DNA of 63,460 nucleotides, counting the filler, from Octopus bimaculoides (lineage: Eukaryota), in NCBI RefSeq assembly GCF_001194135.2. It is 4 parts of 4 records of this genome, joined end to end, with 100 filler letters (N's around TTAATTAATTAA, not from the genome) between each part and the next. Parts side by side here need not be neighbours in the genome. Positions count along the whole stretch, not along the records: positions 1 to 25,930 come from NC_068999.1; 3 more parts are not named here. One strand, 5' to 3'. The notes beneath the pieces are model-generated. The model saw only the letters and a program-made list of their open reading frames with translations, made no database searches and was not told the DNA's origin. Each line of letters begins with the position of its first letter. Position 1 is the stretch's first letter. Positions 1 through 14,490 of the stretch are shown here, one piece after another. The position numbers and the translations under genes are program-made.

Positions 1-2281
1 TGTGTGTTTAACTAAGTATCAAATTGTATTTTATAAGCGTACTCAGTAGATTCTTCTGTATGAATTGCTATATCACTATGAATTCTAAGTGAATGAATCA
101 AACAAGAAAATTTACTTCTTATAAACAACAATATACATAGTTGAATATATACTTCAATGAGTTAAATTGTTTTTAAATGCGTGCCACTGACCACTCTCAT
201 TCATTTCCCTTGGCTTTGTTCTTTCTCTAATTATTATCAACTGCTAGCTGACATTTAATTGACGTCTGTTACTTCTTGAACCATTTTAAATAGATATCTT
301 TCTAACATCACATAATGGTGACCTAACAAATTACTAGTAAGAGGCAAATGGATGAAGTCTTCGAATTATACACTAACAATCCATATCAGAATCAATTATA
401 CTTTGTGCAACTGAACGAGTAACAAAGTTTATTTAACAGTTAATTCGAGTTGAAGTAGTACAGAAATATTTAGATATGTCGTGAAGTTAAATTTTCCTAA
501 AACACTTGAAGTGGTGTACATATTGATACAGTCAAAATTGACCGCATTAATTTTTGCTTACACTTTAATGAGCTATATATTAGCAGTTCATGTTGATCCC
601 GGAAATCTGTAAACAGACTTTGCGGATGCAGTGACAGAATTATCTATGTCGTATATATAAACTACGCACCTTCAAGTTGTGCAATTCTCATAGGTTTGAA
701 TTTCACTGTTGAATTTCCGCTGAATAGTTGTGCACACTCAACCATAAAGTATATTTATGAAAAATCAAATTCTGCTGCCTGCTTTTTTCTTCGTCTATGT
801 CCATCGTGTATTTTGATATGTATTTTGGATCCTCAGTTTAATATTTTCCTCTGTGGAAGGAATGCGATTTTATGCATTAGATTCTCTATAATAATGATTN
901 NNNNNNNNNNNNNNNNNNNNNNNNNNNNNNNNNNNNNNNNNNNNNNNNNNNNNNNNNNNNNNNNNNNNNNNNNNNNNNNNNNNNNNNNNNNNNNNNNNNN
1001 NNNNNNNNNNNNNNNNNNNNNNNNNNNNNNNNNNNNNNNNNNNNNNNNNNNNNNNNNNNNNNNNNNNNNNNNNNNNNNNNNNNNNNNNNNNNNNNNNNNN
1101 NNNNNNNNNNNNNNNNNNNNNNNNNNNNNNNNNNNNNNNNNNNNNNNNNNNNNNNNNNNNNNNNNNNNNNNNNNNNNNNNNNNNNNNNNNNNNNNNNNNN
1201 NNNNNNNNNNNNNNNNNNNNNNNNNNNNNNNNNNNNNNNNNNNNNNNNNNNNNNNNNNNNNNNNNNNNNNNNNNNNNNNNNNNNNNNNNNNNNNNNNNNN
1301 NNNNNNNNNNNNNNNNNNNNNNNNNNTATATATATATGTATGTATGTATGTATGTATTTATGTGTGTGTGTACTCATGTATATATTTAACTGTGTGTTCG
1401 TTTTTACGTATATCTACGTTCCTGTTAGCATATAAGAGACAGAGGAGAGAGAGATAAGGCGACATCATGCGTGCATTGTCACGCTGATTGAGATTTAAAT
1501 TTCATCGACTACTAATCTAAGAGTCGCCAAATGCACGTCTGTTTATTCGGCCTTTTCCATGCCTGATGCTCATGCGTTCAACTGATGCGAAGTATGTTTC
1601 GCATCTGTGAAGCTACTATTGACGTAAATGTGAATCAAACTGTAGACAAAAAGTAGCTTACCTGTAAATGTTAGCATTTGCCTTCAGGACCAAGTAATTA
1701 CTTTAAAACATCAAGCATCAGTAAAAACACATTAGCTAATATTAACGCCTATATCAACAAACAAACAAATAGCAATACCCATATTGTTAAGACATCATTA
1801 CCGCTTCTGTAAATACACAAATACTATGAAACGACTTTCAACGGAAAATCAATTGTTGACGAAGGTACCCCATCAGGGATGTGCATGGGTTAGAGCTACA
1901 CTCTTCTTGCAGAAATTTTTCGACACTTCACTCAGATTTCTAAAGAATTCAGGCAACATTTGTTATACGCGATCAACATTTTTCTGCCGGGACATAGAAT
2001 GCGATAGTCAGGTGATCTAAAACAATTGGGAGTATTTTGTTAAACTACTTATTTCGAACAAAGAAACGACAGTCTTTCGACATCGATGGAACATCCTCAG
2101 AATTGTTGAAGTAGAATTACAAGATGATGTGTCTGAGTAGACTAACCCAGATAACATGTATTTAAATAACATTGTTATAATACAGCGGTGATGTTAATTT
2201 CAGTAACATCGGACGACTTTGAGTACTTCCGGTGAAGACTGAATCACTGCTAAGTACACTAAATATATATTGCACGTTAGG

Positions 2282-2515
2282 AAAGTGAGCTGGCAGAATT
2301 GTCATCACGCCAAGTGGAACGCTTATAGCCATTTCGTCTGACTTCATATTCTAAGTTCAAATACCGTCGAGGCCCACTTTGTCTTTCATCCTTTCGGGGT
2401 TGATAAAATAAGTATCAGTTGACTACTAGTGCCATGTAATCGACTTACTCACTCATCCAGATTTGCTGGTCTTGAGCCCGAAGTTGAAATCAATAGGTAT
2501 TGCTCTTCATGTAAA
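2282..2515 (+). mobile_element. tRNA-derived SINE, family A (central CTTTCATCCTTTCGGGGTCGATAAA domain)
   Basis: A-box-like TGGCAGAATTGT, B-box-like AAGTTCAAATACC, central ctttcatcctttcggggttgataaaataagtatcagtt; same unit recurs more than 10 times in the window. Confidence 0.85.
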
Positions 2516-3062
2516 AGCATCAAAATTTACCTTTTAGATATGGCGAACAAATTACATGCACATTCTTTTGAGAATAAATTCAAGTAGAAATGGTTAATTT
2601 TGCTAGCTCTGTGCAGTTTCGTTTTTTCTACGATAATCCAAAGACCTGTCAATGAGTAACGTCGCAATCTTATGTTCAGAACATGTAATATCTTCTTCCT
2701 CCGGGACATAAAAGTGTGAGCGAACCTGTCATTTCTGCTTCTGCTGTACCAACCCTATAATGATTCCTGAGTGAAATGCCATAATCAAAAGATATTTGGA
2801 GAGCAATACAAGTGATATCGAAAGAGAATGCCTTCTTCAGCATTATCTCATATGTGCATCGTGATGTACATACACATACAAACAACCATGGATATTTTTC
2901 TATGTATACATATATATTTATAAATATATAATTTGATATATATATGTGTGCGTGAATGAGATAGATATAGAGATAGTGAGAATGAGAGAAAGAGAGAATG
3001 ACCCCATGGAAAATAACATACTATTCACTTGATCACAACCCTCATATACGTATGTGTGTGTT

Positions 3063-3101
<39 letters not shown>

Positions 3102-5816
3102 ANNNNNNNNNNNNNNNNNNNNNNNNNNNNNNNNNNNNNNNNNNNNNNNNNNNNNNNNNNNNNNNNNNNNNNNNNNNNNNNNNNNNNNNNNNNNNNNNNN
3201 NNNNNNNNNNNNNNNNNNNNNNNNNNNNNNNNNNNNNNNNNNNNNNNNNNNNNNNNNNNNNNNNNNNNNNNNNNNNNNNNNNNNNNNNNNNNNNNNNNNN
3301 NNNNNNNNNNNNNNNNNNNNNNNNNNNNNNNNNNNNNNNNNNNNNNNNNNNNNNNNNNNNNNNNNNNNNNNNNNNNNNNNNNNNNNNNNNNNNNNNNNNN
3401 NNNNNNNNNNNNNNNNNNNNNNNNNNNNNNNNNNNNNNNNNNNNNNNNNNNNNNNNNNNNNNNNNNNNNNNNNNNNNNNNNNNNNNNNNNNNNNNNNNNN
3501 NNNNNNNNNNNACACACACACACACATATATATATTGAGAGGGAGAGAATTATAGAGAGCGATAGATACATGTGTGTCTGTATCCATGCATGCATGCACT
3601 TATATATGTATGTGTATGAAATTATTCATCTGTATGCATGTAATGTTGTGCACAAGACGTTATGCATTTGCTGTTATGTAACAGAAATGCTATTTGCAGC
3701 GTAATTATGTGTATTCATACATGTTTACCTGTATGACGTTTCAAATTTGAACTTGCACATAGATCTATGCAGACTCTTTTTTTTTCGTGTATTAGATAGT
3801 ATTTGTGGTTCTAAATGCATACGCAAGATCATACGCCCAATAATACATATGCCATATTTCCATATATACATGTGTAAATACTGTAACGTGTTAATCATTT
3901 TAAATTTTGTGTTCGTTTCCATATAATCAGTTATATCCGTTGCTTATATGGAACATTGCGCTCTATATCAAGGTAGTATTGTACAAGGACACACGTACTT
4001 TCCCTTCTTTCAGGAGACTGACATTATCGAATCCCTCCTATGTTATTTTAAGCGGGAAACTGGTAGCAAATGTACAGATAACTAGAAATGTAGGGGTTAC
4101 AGAAATATAGAAAATGGTGAGAGTGATCCAGATTTAGGGAAATTCTGCACTTTGAATATTATGTGAGTATCATGTTGCATATAATACATATATGTGTGTG
4201 ACCAACAGAGAATGTCACAAAGAGTATGGAACCACAAAATTGGAAGTAGCTGATCAGTATTACGTTGTTCAAGTTTGGTTGACGTCTGAAGATCTACAAA
4301 CAAATTAGAGGAGTCTTTAAGAAATGAGGTACGCTGTAAGCAGTTTGACGCCTGAGAGGCTAGGCATCGTAATGTACGATACGATACATTATTATTACAG
4401 TTGGGAGTGTGCGTTTGAGCTAAATGCGTATGGCATGACTATATCCTAGTGTCAAAAGTTCCACAACCGATTCACAAAATGTTGAACTCATAACATGTTA
4501 TGATATACGTCTTGCATACTAGGAAACTTAGATCTAATCGTTCAGTTAGGGCTAGTTATTCTTTCGGATAATGATAGACGAATTTAGAATTTTCATTTGC
4601 TTGCTGGAAAAGAATTTATATAAGGATTACTGATAGCAGTTGCTACCTGACTTCAAGAAATATAAGTAAAACTTTGTAGATGGTACTATACCTTCAATAT
4701 TCGATCGTTAAATTATATTCTTTGTGTTCTGGAGGATGTAAATTTCACATCCTTTGTCAGTAGAACGCTATATATTTCCCGCTGAAAATTCCTATCAATT
4801 CATGACATATTTTGCCAATAAAACAACACACCTACGCAGTTCAAAGCCAAGTACACTTTACTTATTTCTGGTCAAGATGATTGAGAATTTGCCAACTGGA
4901 AATATTGAAATGCGATTTATAAATATATTTTCCTCGGTTTTCAGACGTTTTATGAAATTGCATCAAAGTATATTTTCCTTCTGTGTGCAGACCGGTTTTT
5001 GTATTTAAGTAGTATATGCTTGTATGCCTGAATGTATGTATGCATTTATTTGTGTGTGTATATATCTAGATGTCTGTGTGTGTGTGTGTGTGTTTGTGTG
5101 GGTGTAGAAAGGTTTCATCGCCAGGATTGGTGTTTGCCAGATATGAGATACATACACATAAATGCTTTCGCTTTTTCAATATGTTGCATGTCTTGCGAAT
5201 TATTAACGATTAAGTCTACTAATTGACATCTACATTACATGTATAATTTTAATTAAGTACATATTTCTTTGGTTCCCTATATTATGTACATTATCACCGT
5301 CTCTTACAAAAATGGTTTTAATAAAGTAACATTATTTTGGGAAGTTATCTCATATCATTTATATAAACTGCTCAATCCTTGCGTGATATTTCGCTCGTAA
5401 CATTTTCCTTAATCGTATAACGGGAAGGAATAATGTTTGCAGTTATCAATGTCATGATACACATCACGTATACTCATTTTTCTGTGCATGATGCAAATGA
5501 AAACGAGAAGTAACATAGAGCGGGCCGAGCCCCTCTTACATTTCACAGCATTAATCTTTAAGTCATATGAATTATCCATAAACGATGTGCTATTCTACAT
5601 GCACATTTTTTTATAGGACAACTTATATTATTATACATCTCAAAGTAGCAATATTAGTACAAACACAAACGCATTGGTACACGCATTGACAACACAGGCA
5701 CACACAAATATATATAAACACACGTGTTTATGTATGTGCGTGCGTGTGCATTTGGGAGTGGGTGTGTGCCTGTGCACGTGCGTCCGCGTGAGTGTGGGTG
5801 GGAGTGCGTATGTAAA

Positions 5817-7029
5817 CCTGGTTAAGTGAAACATTATGTTTCGATATTCACAAATGATTTTTGGCAACTAGTATCCGTGTGTTTATACAGGGATAAAGAC
5901 TGTTGTCCAATCATTACTGAATTGCTTATCATTTATTTTCATATAAAGACCATAAAAAATATATGCTTGTTTGTCATTGTACAGCTTTGATAATGAGTGG
6001 TGGAAATATTGCAATTAGATCCATTTAACGATACGTTTGTAAAGAATGACTGAATGCAAATGCAGCAGCAGAAGAGATTTACGATGTGAGAGGAACTGTC
6101 AAAGGATATATGACACAAAACTGCTTGTGATGTTTCACGGAAGTTGAGACTGTTCTCGAAGAAAAACAAACATGAGGGCGATCTGTTGTGGAAGATTAGG
6201 CTTTGCTTGTAATAGTAGAAAAAGCAGGTAAGGACAATAAATCAACATATTCATAAGTTCGGTATTCAGAACAGACGTTGTCGCGGACATCTTCATGATT
6301 TGAAGATTGACTAGGCTCAGTACAGTGTAAGTTGTTGCAGACAATTGTTGGCAAATCCTCAACATGTCCGGTTTTGGCGTCGCACTGTAACTGGAAGGTG
6401 ATTTTTCAAATCATAATAAGAGGAATCAGCGACTTCGTTCTGGCCAAACTTAAGAACTGTTATCAAACAAGGGCGGTTTGAATACAAGGTCTTGATGTAT
6501 TTGGTGGACGTTTTAGTTACATTTGCACGTTGATCATGGTCCAGAGGCTCATAATGTGAGGCAAACGTTTATAATCAATATCTACAGCAATTGTGCGCTG
6601 CTTTGAAAGCCCATAACTCAATATTGGTAAATCAGAAATAGTGCATTCCAACATTACAATGCACCATGATACACTGTCAGTATGAACAAGCGTTCACATT
6701 AAGAACTTGATGCGCTAGATATCCTGTCTCCTCCTGCTAAGGTTCCAGACCTTATCCCATCAGATTACCCTATTTTCAGAACCGTGGCTCATTCCCTACA
6801 CGGAAGGAGTCTCAACAATATGGATGATGTCGAAAAGGTGTGCAGGAAAATGTTTGGCTCTAAACACGCTAAATGATATAAGCGTGGACCTAAACTTCTG
6901 GCATAGCGATGGTAAGTGCGAATAGAATATTTTGAGATGTAATCTGATGAATACACACTTTTCGTATGCACTTTATTCGAAATATTTTAATTTGTTAAAA
7001 ACGAAAAATGCATTTGATTCAACCTGATA
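5817..7029 (+). mobile_element. Decayed mariner (Tc1/mariner, D,D34D-type) DNA transposon
   Basis: Translated remnants: NANAAAEEIYDV (HTH), QGRFEYKVLMY/WW (KVMLCVWW-like), HYNAP* (HDNAP), and PDLIPSDYPIFRTVAHSLHGR...MFGSK...YKRG...RW*...EYFEM* at 6745-6942. Second-to-third Asp spacing is 35 codons in this copy. Many stops. Right TIR-like caacctgata at ~7020; left TIR only weakly matched. Confidence 0.85.
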
Positions 7030-9003
7030 CGTACACGTATAACGAACAGGACTATGAGTAATAAACACATCATGGGATAAAAAAAATTATTTTAATATAA
7101 TGTTTCAGTAATTATAGGTGGTGAGTGTAATGCATCAATCAAGAGGCTGTTGTTTGTATGCCGTTGTATTATGTAGTTTATATAGTGAAGAATGTAAACG
7201 TATCGTCACGTTATATTGATTATCATTTACATTCCTTTGTCGGTGAGCATATAAGTTTCCAACAACTATTGTGGCAAGTTTTTGTGTACATTCATTTTGT
7301 ATGATGAAGAAACCTAAAATGCTGTGCAAAGTGTAAAGTGGAAAACAATATAAATTTTAACTGAAAACTGTAAAATGAACGTAAAATATATACAGATTAT
7401 ATACGCCATGGAATCTTTTTGTCTAGCGGGTTGGGATAAAACGATAAATCGGATGTTATTACTATCACTTCAAAATGATTATATTCTAAATTGTGATGTA
7501 TTCCCTGGGTCATTAATATTTCAAATAGTTCAATTTTGTTTACAGTAGTTGCGTAGGTTTTAGAGTTGGTATTTTAAGTTGTGGAGCTGAATATTTGAAG
7601 CAAAGTGGTCGTGATATACACTATTTTTGCCATGATTTTGTGTGCTTGATTAAATGATCATGGATCATAAAACCGAATGTGGAATAACAAATAGCAATTG
7701 CAATCCTATGCACTCATATTTAATATTTAATGCTTTATATGTTATATTTCATAAAGTACATACAAGGTCATGACATATCTGTTTGCCACCGAATAGTACA
7801 GCATACAAACACAATAGAAATAATTAGTAATGTAGAGCTGTTCATCTAAGACTTGGTGATATTCGCTATTATTTGACATATCTTTATAGGTTTCGTTTGC
7901 ATCCAGTTACACAGGTATGTCTGGACAGCAAGTATCAACATAACACATTTGCAATATTATGATATAAATATGTATTAGATATATTGTTATATTCTTTTCC
8001 TATGTTTATTGTATAAAATCTAATTAACGGGATGCATTGTAGTTTGTTTATACTCAAGTGTGAAGGATTATTACGCTTGTATACAATTTCCTTTAAAATG
8101 TATTAAAATGTAGTCATTTAGGAAAATATACATATCCCAATGTTTCTTTTTTATCTTGTCACGCACAACAATTAAATATAGTATTTCTTCGAGCAAAGAA
8201 GAAAATCTGCGAAATGATACGTCTATTTGGAAGGAAGAATAGACACTGTTGCTGAAAATGAGCTTGAAGAGGGACTAATAGTAATTAGCCACTTTTAATT
8301 CATTTAGGTTCTTGTAATTGAGATAGATTGAGCAGCTTAAAGGAAAATCGCACTTAAACTCTGCAGGAGATGTGAAAGAAGAAAAGAAAGTTGTGATGTC
8401 CCACGATTTATCAACATTGTATTGGCATCACAATGTATACTGTTTCTAACGCAACCTGCTGAAACTGCTGATGGTTAGCGCAGGCTATTACCTGCTAAAA
8501 CAAAATTTTAAATTGTTGCCAAGATAATTAGCTCAATCTCTTGTCATTACAAATAGAGATTCCAAATGACTTCCACGCCCCAAACACAGATATTAGAATT
8601 ATAGGCTGATTTAAATTGCGTTCTCTTCATCGAACATTATTTAAAATAATAGTTATATTAGCGATCTGCTATCAATATATTTAAGCGTTGCGCATTCCGA
8701 AAAGGGATTTTTAGCAACAAATGCCAGAAGTTTTCATTTTGAGATTATAAATATAATGTTCTGTGCAGTTTAAGCCTCCAACGAAACAAATATTAAAGCC
8801 CGTAGCAAATATTGTACGCTTAATGTTCAATGTTTTGTAATTTATTTAAGTTTCCTTTGAGTGACATTCTACATTTCATATCTTCTATCTAAATTTTAGC
8901 AATAAGAATATAGCTGTATGACTAAAAACGTTTTCCACTTGGCGCTCAATACACACGAAAATACACACACACATACACACACACATACACACACACATAT
9001 AGG

Positions 9004-9049
<46 letters not shown>

Positions 9050-9535
9050 AGTGTGTGTGTGTGTGTGTATAATTAAATATATACATACATATATGCATGT
9101 ATGTGTATACAAATTTACATATGTATATACATGTATTACATGTGTATGTGCACGCGCGCGATTTTGTGTAATTCATAAAAGAGATAAGAACAAAATATGC
9201 GTTATTCCGAAGCAAATATGAGTGATACTAAATGAATGATATGATATACGATAAGAGCGAATTCATCAAAATTAAATACGATAACATTGTTCAAGTAAAA
9301 AATCAAATTAAATATGTTAGTGGTTATTGCTGACTCTTAAATAGAATTTCCTGAGATGCTTAAATATAATAGCCCAAACCCACTCACCATCACCCAAATC
9401 AATAAACTCACACATGGAATGGCCAAAAGACTGGCAATCTTGAAGGTGAAATGCATGCTAGTCGGATATATCCTACGCTTATCTGAAATATTCCAAGCTA
9501 TATCCTATTTGTAGACATTCATATTTCTTTGACCG

Positions 9536-9694
<159 letters not shown>

Positions 9695-10130
9695 GCTGCT
9701 GCATCCACAAACAGTGGAACCAAAATATACGTATACAGCACACTTCCGCATGAATCTTAAACGTAAATATTTTTTAAGCAGATGACACGATCTACAGGAA
9801 GATTGGTGTGTTTCTGAATCGAAGAGATACATGATGTCACTCGCATGCTACTATTGCGCGGGCATTTTGTTTGAGAAGAATTTATATGTGTTAGAAATAA
9901 GAAGTGACAATGTTCACATTTATTAAATTGACTATCCGCAGCAGTATTGAGGTAGCAAAATCATGGGAAACTGACATAAAACCTTGTGAAAATGAGAACT
10001 CTGTCCACAGTGTCGATTGTCTACATGGTATTTTTCATCAGAGTGGTGTGATGAGACAATAGAAAATGAGAGAGGCGAGAAATGAGAGAGAATCTCACAG
10101 ACAACCTGATGGTAAATGCATGGGTGTAAA

Positions 10131-10347
10131 TATTCTGTTCTACTCTAGGCACAAGGCCCGAATGTTTTGGGAAGGTGGGCAGTCGATTAGATCGACCTCA
10201 GTATGGAACTGGTACTTAATTTATCGACGCCGCAAGGATGAAATGCAAAGTCAACCTCGGCGGAATTTGAACTTAGAACGTAAAGACAGACGAAATACTG
10301 CTAAGCATTTCGTTCGGCGTCCTAACGTTTCTGCCAGTCCACCGCCT
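10131..10347 (-). mobile_element. SINE family A, full length
   Basis: Reverse complement gives ggcggtggactggcagaaacgttagg...ttctaagttcaaattccgccgaggttgactttgcatttcatccttgcggcgtcgataaattaagtaccagtt. Confidence 0.9.
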
Positions 10348-11329
10348 CCTTAGCTGTAAATATTAAAATAGCGAAGAAAGCTTACTGTATATGTACAATA
10401 TATTAGATGACTGAACATACTGAATTAGTAAATCGACGAGTTGTATAAACATTTTTCAGCTTAGATATTCTTGTTGAGAAATGAAACCTGCTTGCCGAAT
10501 AAATTTCCCATTTCATATCTCAATAAAATTTGGAAAAGAAAAAAATAATCAGTGATGTATGTCGAACTTTCGCATAATAATCATACTGTAAACGGACATT
10601 TAAAGACAGAAAAAACAAGTAAAGTATATTCAAGAATACAAGCCCTGTAGGAAACGATATTGTTAACGTGAACATTATTTGTTATTCAACAATTCTATTT
10701 ACCACTGTTGTCTGCTCACATGGAATAAAGAATTTCGAAAAACTTTTAATATCCTACTTGTTATTCTCTTTTGTCATTTTCTTTGATATCTTAAGGCAAA
10801 CATTTTTCTGATTCCAGATGTTTCCGATAGTCTTTCTGCTCTACTTGTCAAATATTATGATCCTATAATAAGCCTTCACAACTTTTCTCCGCACATAAAG
10901 TTCATATTCATATATCCATATTATTTGCTCCGTACTTTATGCTATTGATAATTTATGTTGTAGTACATCAACCACAAAGAACAAGTCTATCAACGATTTC
11001 TATGTGGAACGTATTCTAGAATCTTGTATGCTATATTATATTCCTTTCTTTTTAGAATTATTCAAATGTCGTTACTTATCATCAATGGAATTGTCTAAAC
11101 ACATCTAGACGGTATAGGTATGGCCATTATCACACATCTCAATATCGTGATAAATTTATCAACGGCAAATTCATGATCATCGACCTAGTCATAATCGATG
11201 TTGAATATAGAATTTCAAATATAAGAATACCAGTAGTATCACCATCGTCATCCAGCGCCACCACCATCTCAAGAAGCTGACAAATAAGAATAAAATGTCA
11301 TAATAGTTACCAAGAAAAAGAAGAAACAA

Positions 11330-12050
11330 CGAATGCTGTGAAAGAACTGAAATCCTAACTAAAACTGGAACAAGAACGGATCATGTTAAAACGATGGCAA
11401 GGAAAGTCCCTTCATGGCAAGTAGTGGGTTACACCAAACAAAAGAAATACACAAAGCAAAATCTCAACGGAGGCTGAGGGTTTCAGAATTCAAAGGAAAG
11501 ACTGAATGATTTTTAATTGCAGCTCAAAATCAAAGCGTTTCACACCCACCAGAAATATGGAACGAAAAGAAATACAAGTAACAGTAGAATATGTGGTGAT
11601 GGAGAGGAAACAATAAATCATATTAACTCTGGCTGCCCAGTCCTGGTTAAGAAGAATATGTTCATAGACATGACACAGTTCGGATTTAAATAGACAAGAA
11701 AGTATGCCAACATTATAGGATAAAAAGAGAAAATGGAGAGTAGAGGCACACGCCAGAAAAGGTCACAGAACATGAGAAAGCCATCATACTCTGAGATATG
11801 CCAATACAAGCAGATAAAAATATTAAGACAAATAGGCCAGATATAGTAGTCAGATATCACTAACAAAATTTTTTTCTAATCGATTGATCAACACCAACAG
11901 ATGAGAATGTTCTCTAAAAGGAATGGAGAACCTTTCAAAACACAAGATCTGGAAATAGAGGTAACTCGAAAGTGGAGTCTAAAAACATAAACGACTCCTA
12001 TCATAGTAGGATTATTAGGGATGTCAAAGAAATACATGAATATGTTTTTG
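11330..12050 (+). mobile_element. 3' part of an R4/Dong-clade non-LTR retrotransposon (RLE endonuclease), pseudogenised
   Basis: Across frameshifts: RWQGKSLHGK* (11392), KGKTE*FLIAAQNQS, zinc knuckle (C>S)RICGDGEETINHINSGCPVL (11583-11645), RHDTV, HTPEKVTEHEKAIIL*DMPIQ, NRPDIVV (11831-11851, PD motif), DLEIEVTRKWSLKT*TTPIIVGLLG. Confidence 0.85.
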
Positions 12051-12062
12051 ATCATCACTAAT

Positions 12063-12063
12063 G

Positions 12064-12111
<48 letters not shown>

Positions 12112-12250
12112 TCTACTACAGATACAACGCTGTAGTAGAAATGACGGAATCGTTGATTTCCTCGACCTAAGTCCCTGAATGGTCCTTACTTCCTCCACCC
12201 CTAATGGATGAAAAACGACTAGACCTCAGTCATTCTGCACACATTTGAAA
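12063..12250 (-). mobile_element. Degenerate SINE family A 3' half with (TAA)n tail
   Basis: Minus strand tttttcatccattaggggtggaggaagtaaggacc resembles the family A core; ends gtagaaa(taa)n. Confidence 0.5.
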
Positions 12251-12815
12251 CTAGGATATGCATAAACATTTCTCTATTTTATACCTCAGCCCAAAATACT
12301 CACACACACACACATGTATATATATATATATANNNNNNNNNNNNNNNNNNNNNNNNNNNNNNNNNNNNNNNNNNNNNNNNNNNNNNNNNNNNNNNNNNNN
12401 NNNNNNNNNNNNNNNNNNNNNNNNNNNNNNNNNNNNNNNNNNNNNNNNNNNNNNNNNNNNNNNNNNNNNNNNNNNNNNNNNNNNNNNNNNNNNNNNNNNN
12501 NNNNNNNNNNNNNNNNNNNNNNNNNNNNNNNNNNNNNNNNNNNNNNNNNNNNNNNNNNNNNNNNNNNNNNNNNNNNNNNNNNNNNNNNNNNNNNNNNNNN
12601 NNNNNNNNNNNNNNNNNNNNNNNNNNNNNNNNNNNNNNNNNNNNNNNNNNNNNNNNNNNNNNNNNNNNNNNNNNNNNNNNNNNNNNNNNNNNNNNNNNNN
12701 NNNNNNNNNNNNNNNNNNNNNNNNNNNNNNNNNNNNNNNNNNNNNNNNNNNNNNNNNNNNNNNNNNNNNNNNNNNNNNNNNNNNNNNNNNNNNNNNNNNC
12801 CATTTATTATTATTA

Positions 12816-12909
<94 letters not shown>

Positions 12910-13849
12910 ATGTATATCTAAGGCATATGTCAAATATGTACATACATATAATAAAGTAAATGAATATTAAAGAAAAAAGAACCTCGTAAAGGAAATTCGG
13001 AAATGCCACCTAATCGTACAGAAATGAGAACCAATTACTCAGATTCAGTCAGAAGATTGCACATCATAGTTTTCTTTCAATTGTTATAGATTTATGACAG
13101 ACCCCGACCTGTTCTACCAACAACGTGTCCTTGAGCTGTTTCTGCTCTCTAATTTCTTGTGTATATTTCGTGAATAAAATACTTACATCAAGATTTCCTG
13201 AAAATACTTTCATATATTTGCATTCAAGCTTTAGATTGCAAGAAAGTTGTATAATAGCTCTGAAAGCGTTGTGAAGATTACATTAAATGTAGTACTTATT
13301 TTAAACTAAATATTTCCAAGAATTCATCGGGAACAACATGGAAGTAGTATATAGCATGTTATGGCATGGGTGTAAAAGATCAAAATAGCACGAAATGTCG
13401 TGACTCGGTTGCCACTCAACTCTGATACACATATATAAATCGCACATATATCTCTATATCTGTATCTCGCTATTTCTATCTCTCTGCACATGCATATACA
13501 TATGCATATATGCAGACACAAAAATGTATGTAAGTATGCATCTACGTGTGTAAGTCTATATGTACTTCAGAAATGACAGGAACATTTAGTAATAACAGTA
13601 GCCAATAAATTTGAAATGCGTAAAAGAGAAGGAGCATTTAGAAATATCATGCTACTTGTAAGAATAGTATTGTAAATTTGCTGAATAAAAAAAGCTAAAA
13701 TGTACAGAACTGAATTCAAGTAATGAGAATGCAGAAAATTCAGAAGTCATTAAGAGAAGTAGGAAGAGAAAACAGTGATGGAAAAGGGAAAAAAAGAAAT
13801 TGTTAGAGAAGGTTCTAGAGAGCCAAAAGGCCAAAACGAAATCGAAGAA

Positions 13850-14170
13850 AAATGTTAGGAATGAAAAAAATGAATGTTGACATTACACATTTTAGAACTG
13901 AGATATTAAAGATAAGTTCAAGCTTTTATCAGTGAAGAATCAAAATGGTAAATGAAATGTCAATCATAAAAGAAGAATTGCCACTTATTCTCAAGAAGAC
14001 AACATTAAAGGTATTATGGAAAATTAGAAGTAACAATGCTAGAGGGAACGATGAGATCACATCTGACTTAAAAGAGGAAGGAAAACAGTAAGGCAGCAAA
14101 ACTGTTTAATAGGATTCTGTCAGAAAGAGCAATAGTTAAATTTATGGAAAGGTCTTATAATCATAATAGA
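13850..14170 (+). mobile_element. LINE ORF2 remnant (RTE/L2-like pre-RT region)
   Basis: 13981-14091 reads PLILKKTTLKVLWKIRSNNARGNDEITSDLK (KAxGxDxIxxELLK-like), then AAKLFNRIL after a frameshift; purine-rich sense strand. Confidence 0.4.
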
Positions 14171-14345
14171 TTGCAAACGAGAAAATTCGTAAGAAGGAGC
14201 TGACAGAAAATAAAGGAAGGACGCTAGCAAAAATACATGAGGTTACAAAATACTGCGTTTTTTCTCGAAAAAGAAAGAGAATTGAGAGAAAGGCGGGAAA
14301 AAGATTTCTGGTAGGATTTTTCAAAATGTGCATTGTTTCACAATA

Positions 14346-14347
<2 letters not shown>

Positions 14348-14418
<71 letters not shown>

Positions 14419-14425
14419 CACACAC

Positions 14426-14490
<65 letters not shown>
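14348..14490. repeat. (TA)n / (GATA)n compound microsatellite
   Basis: Directly visible. Confidence 0.97.

Noticed and set aside
7890-7914. 25-nt micro-exon candidate tttatag|GTTTCG...ACACAG|gtatgt
   Set aside because: Good splice dinucleotides but frame-shifting length, no partner exon, and such pairs are frequent by chance
10750-11200. Possible RTE 3' remnant on the minus strand (KYGA)
   Set aside because: Too degenerate to support by eye
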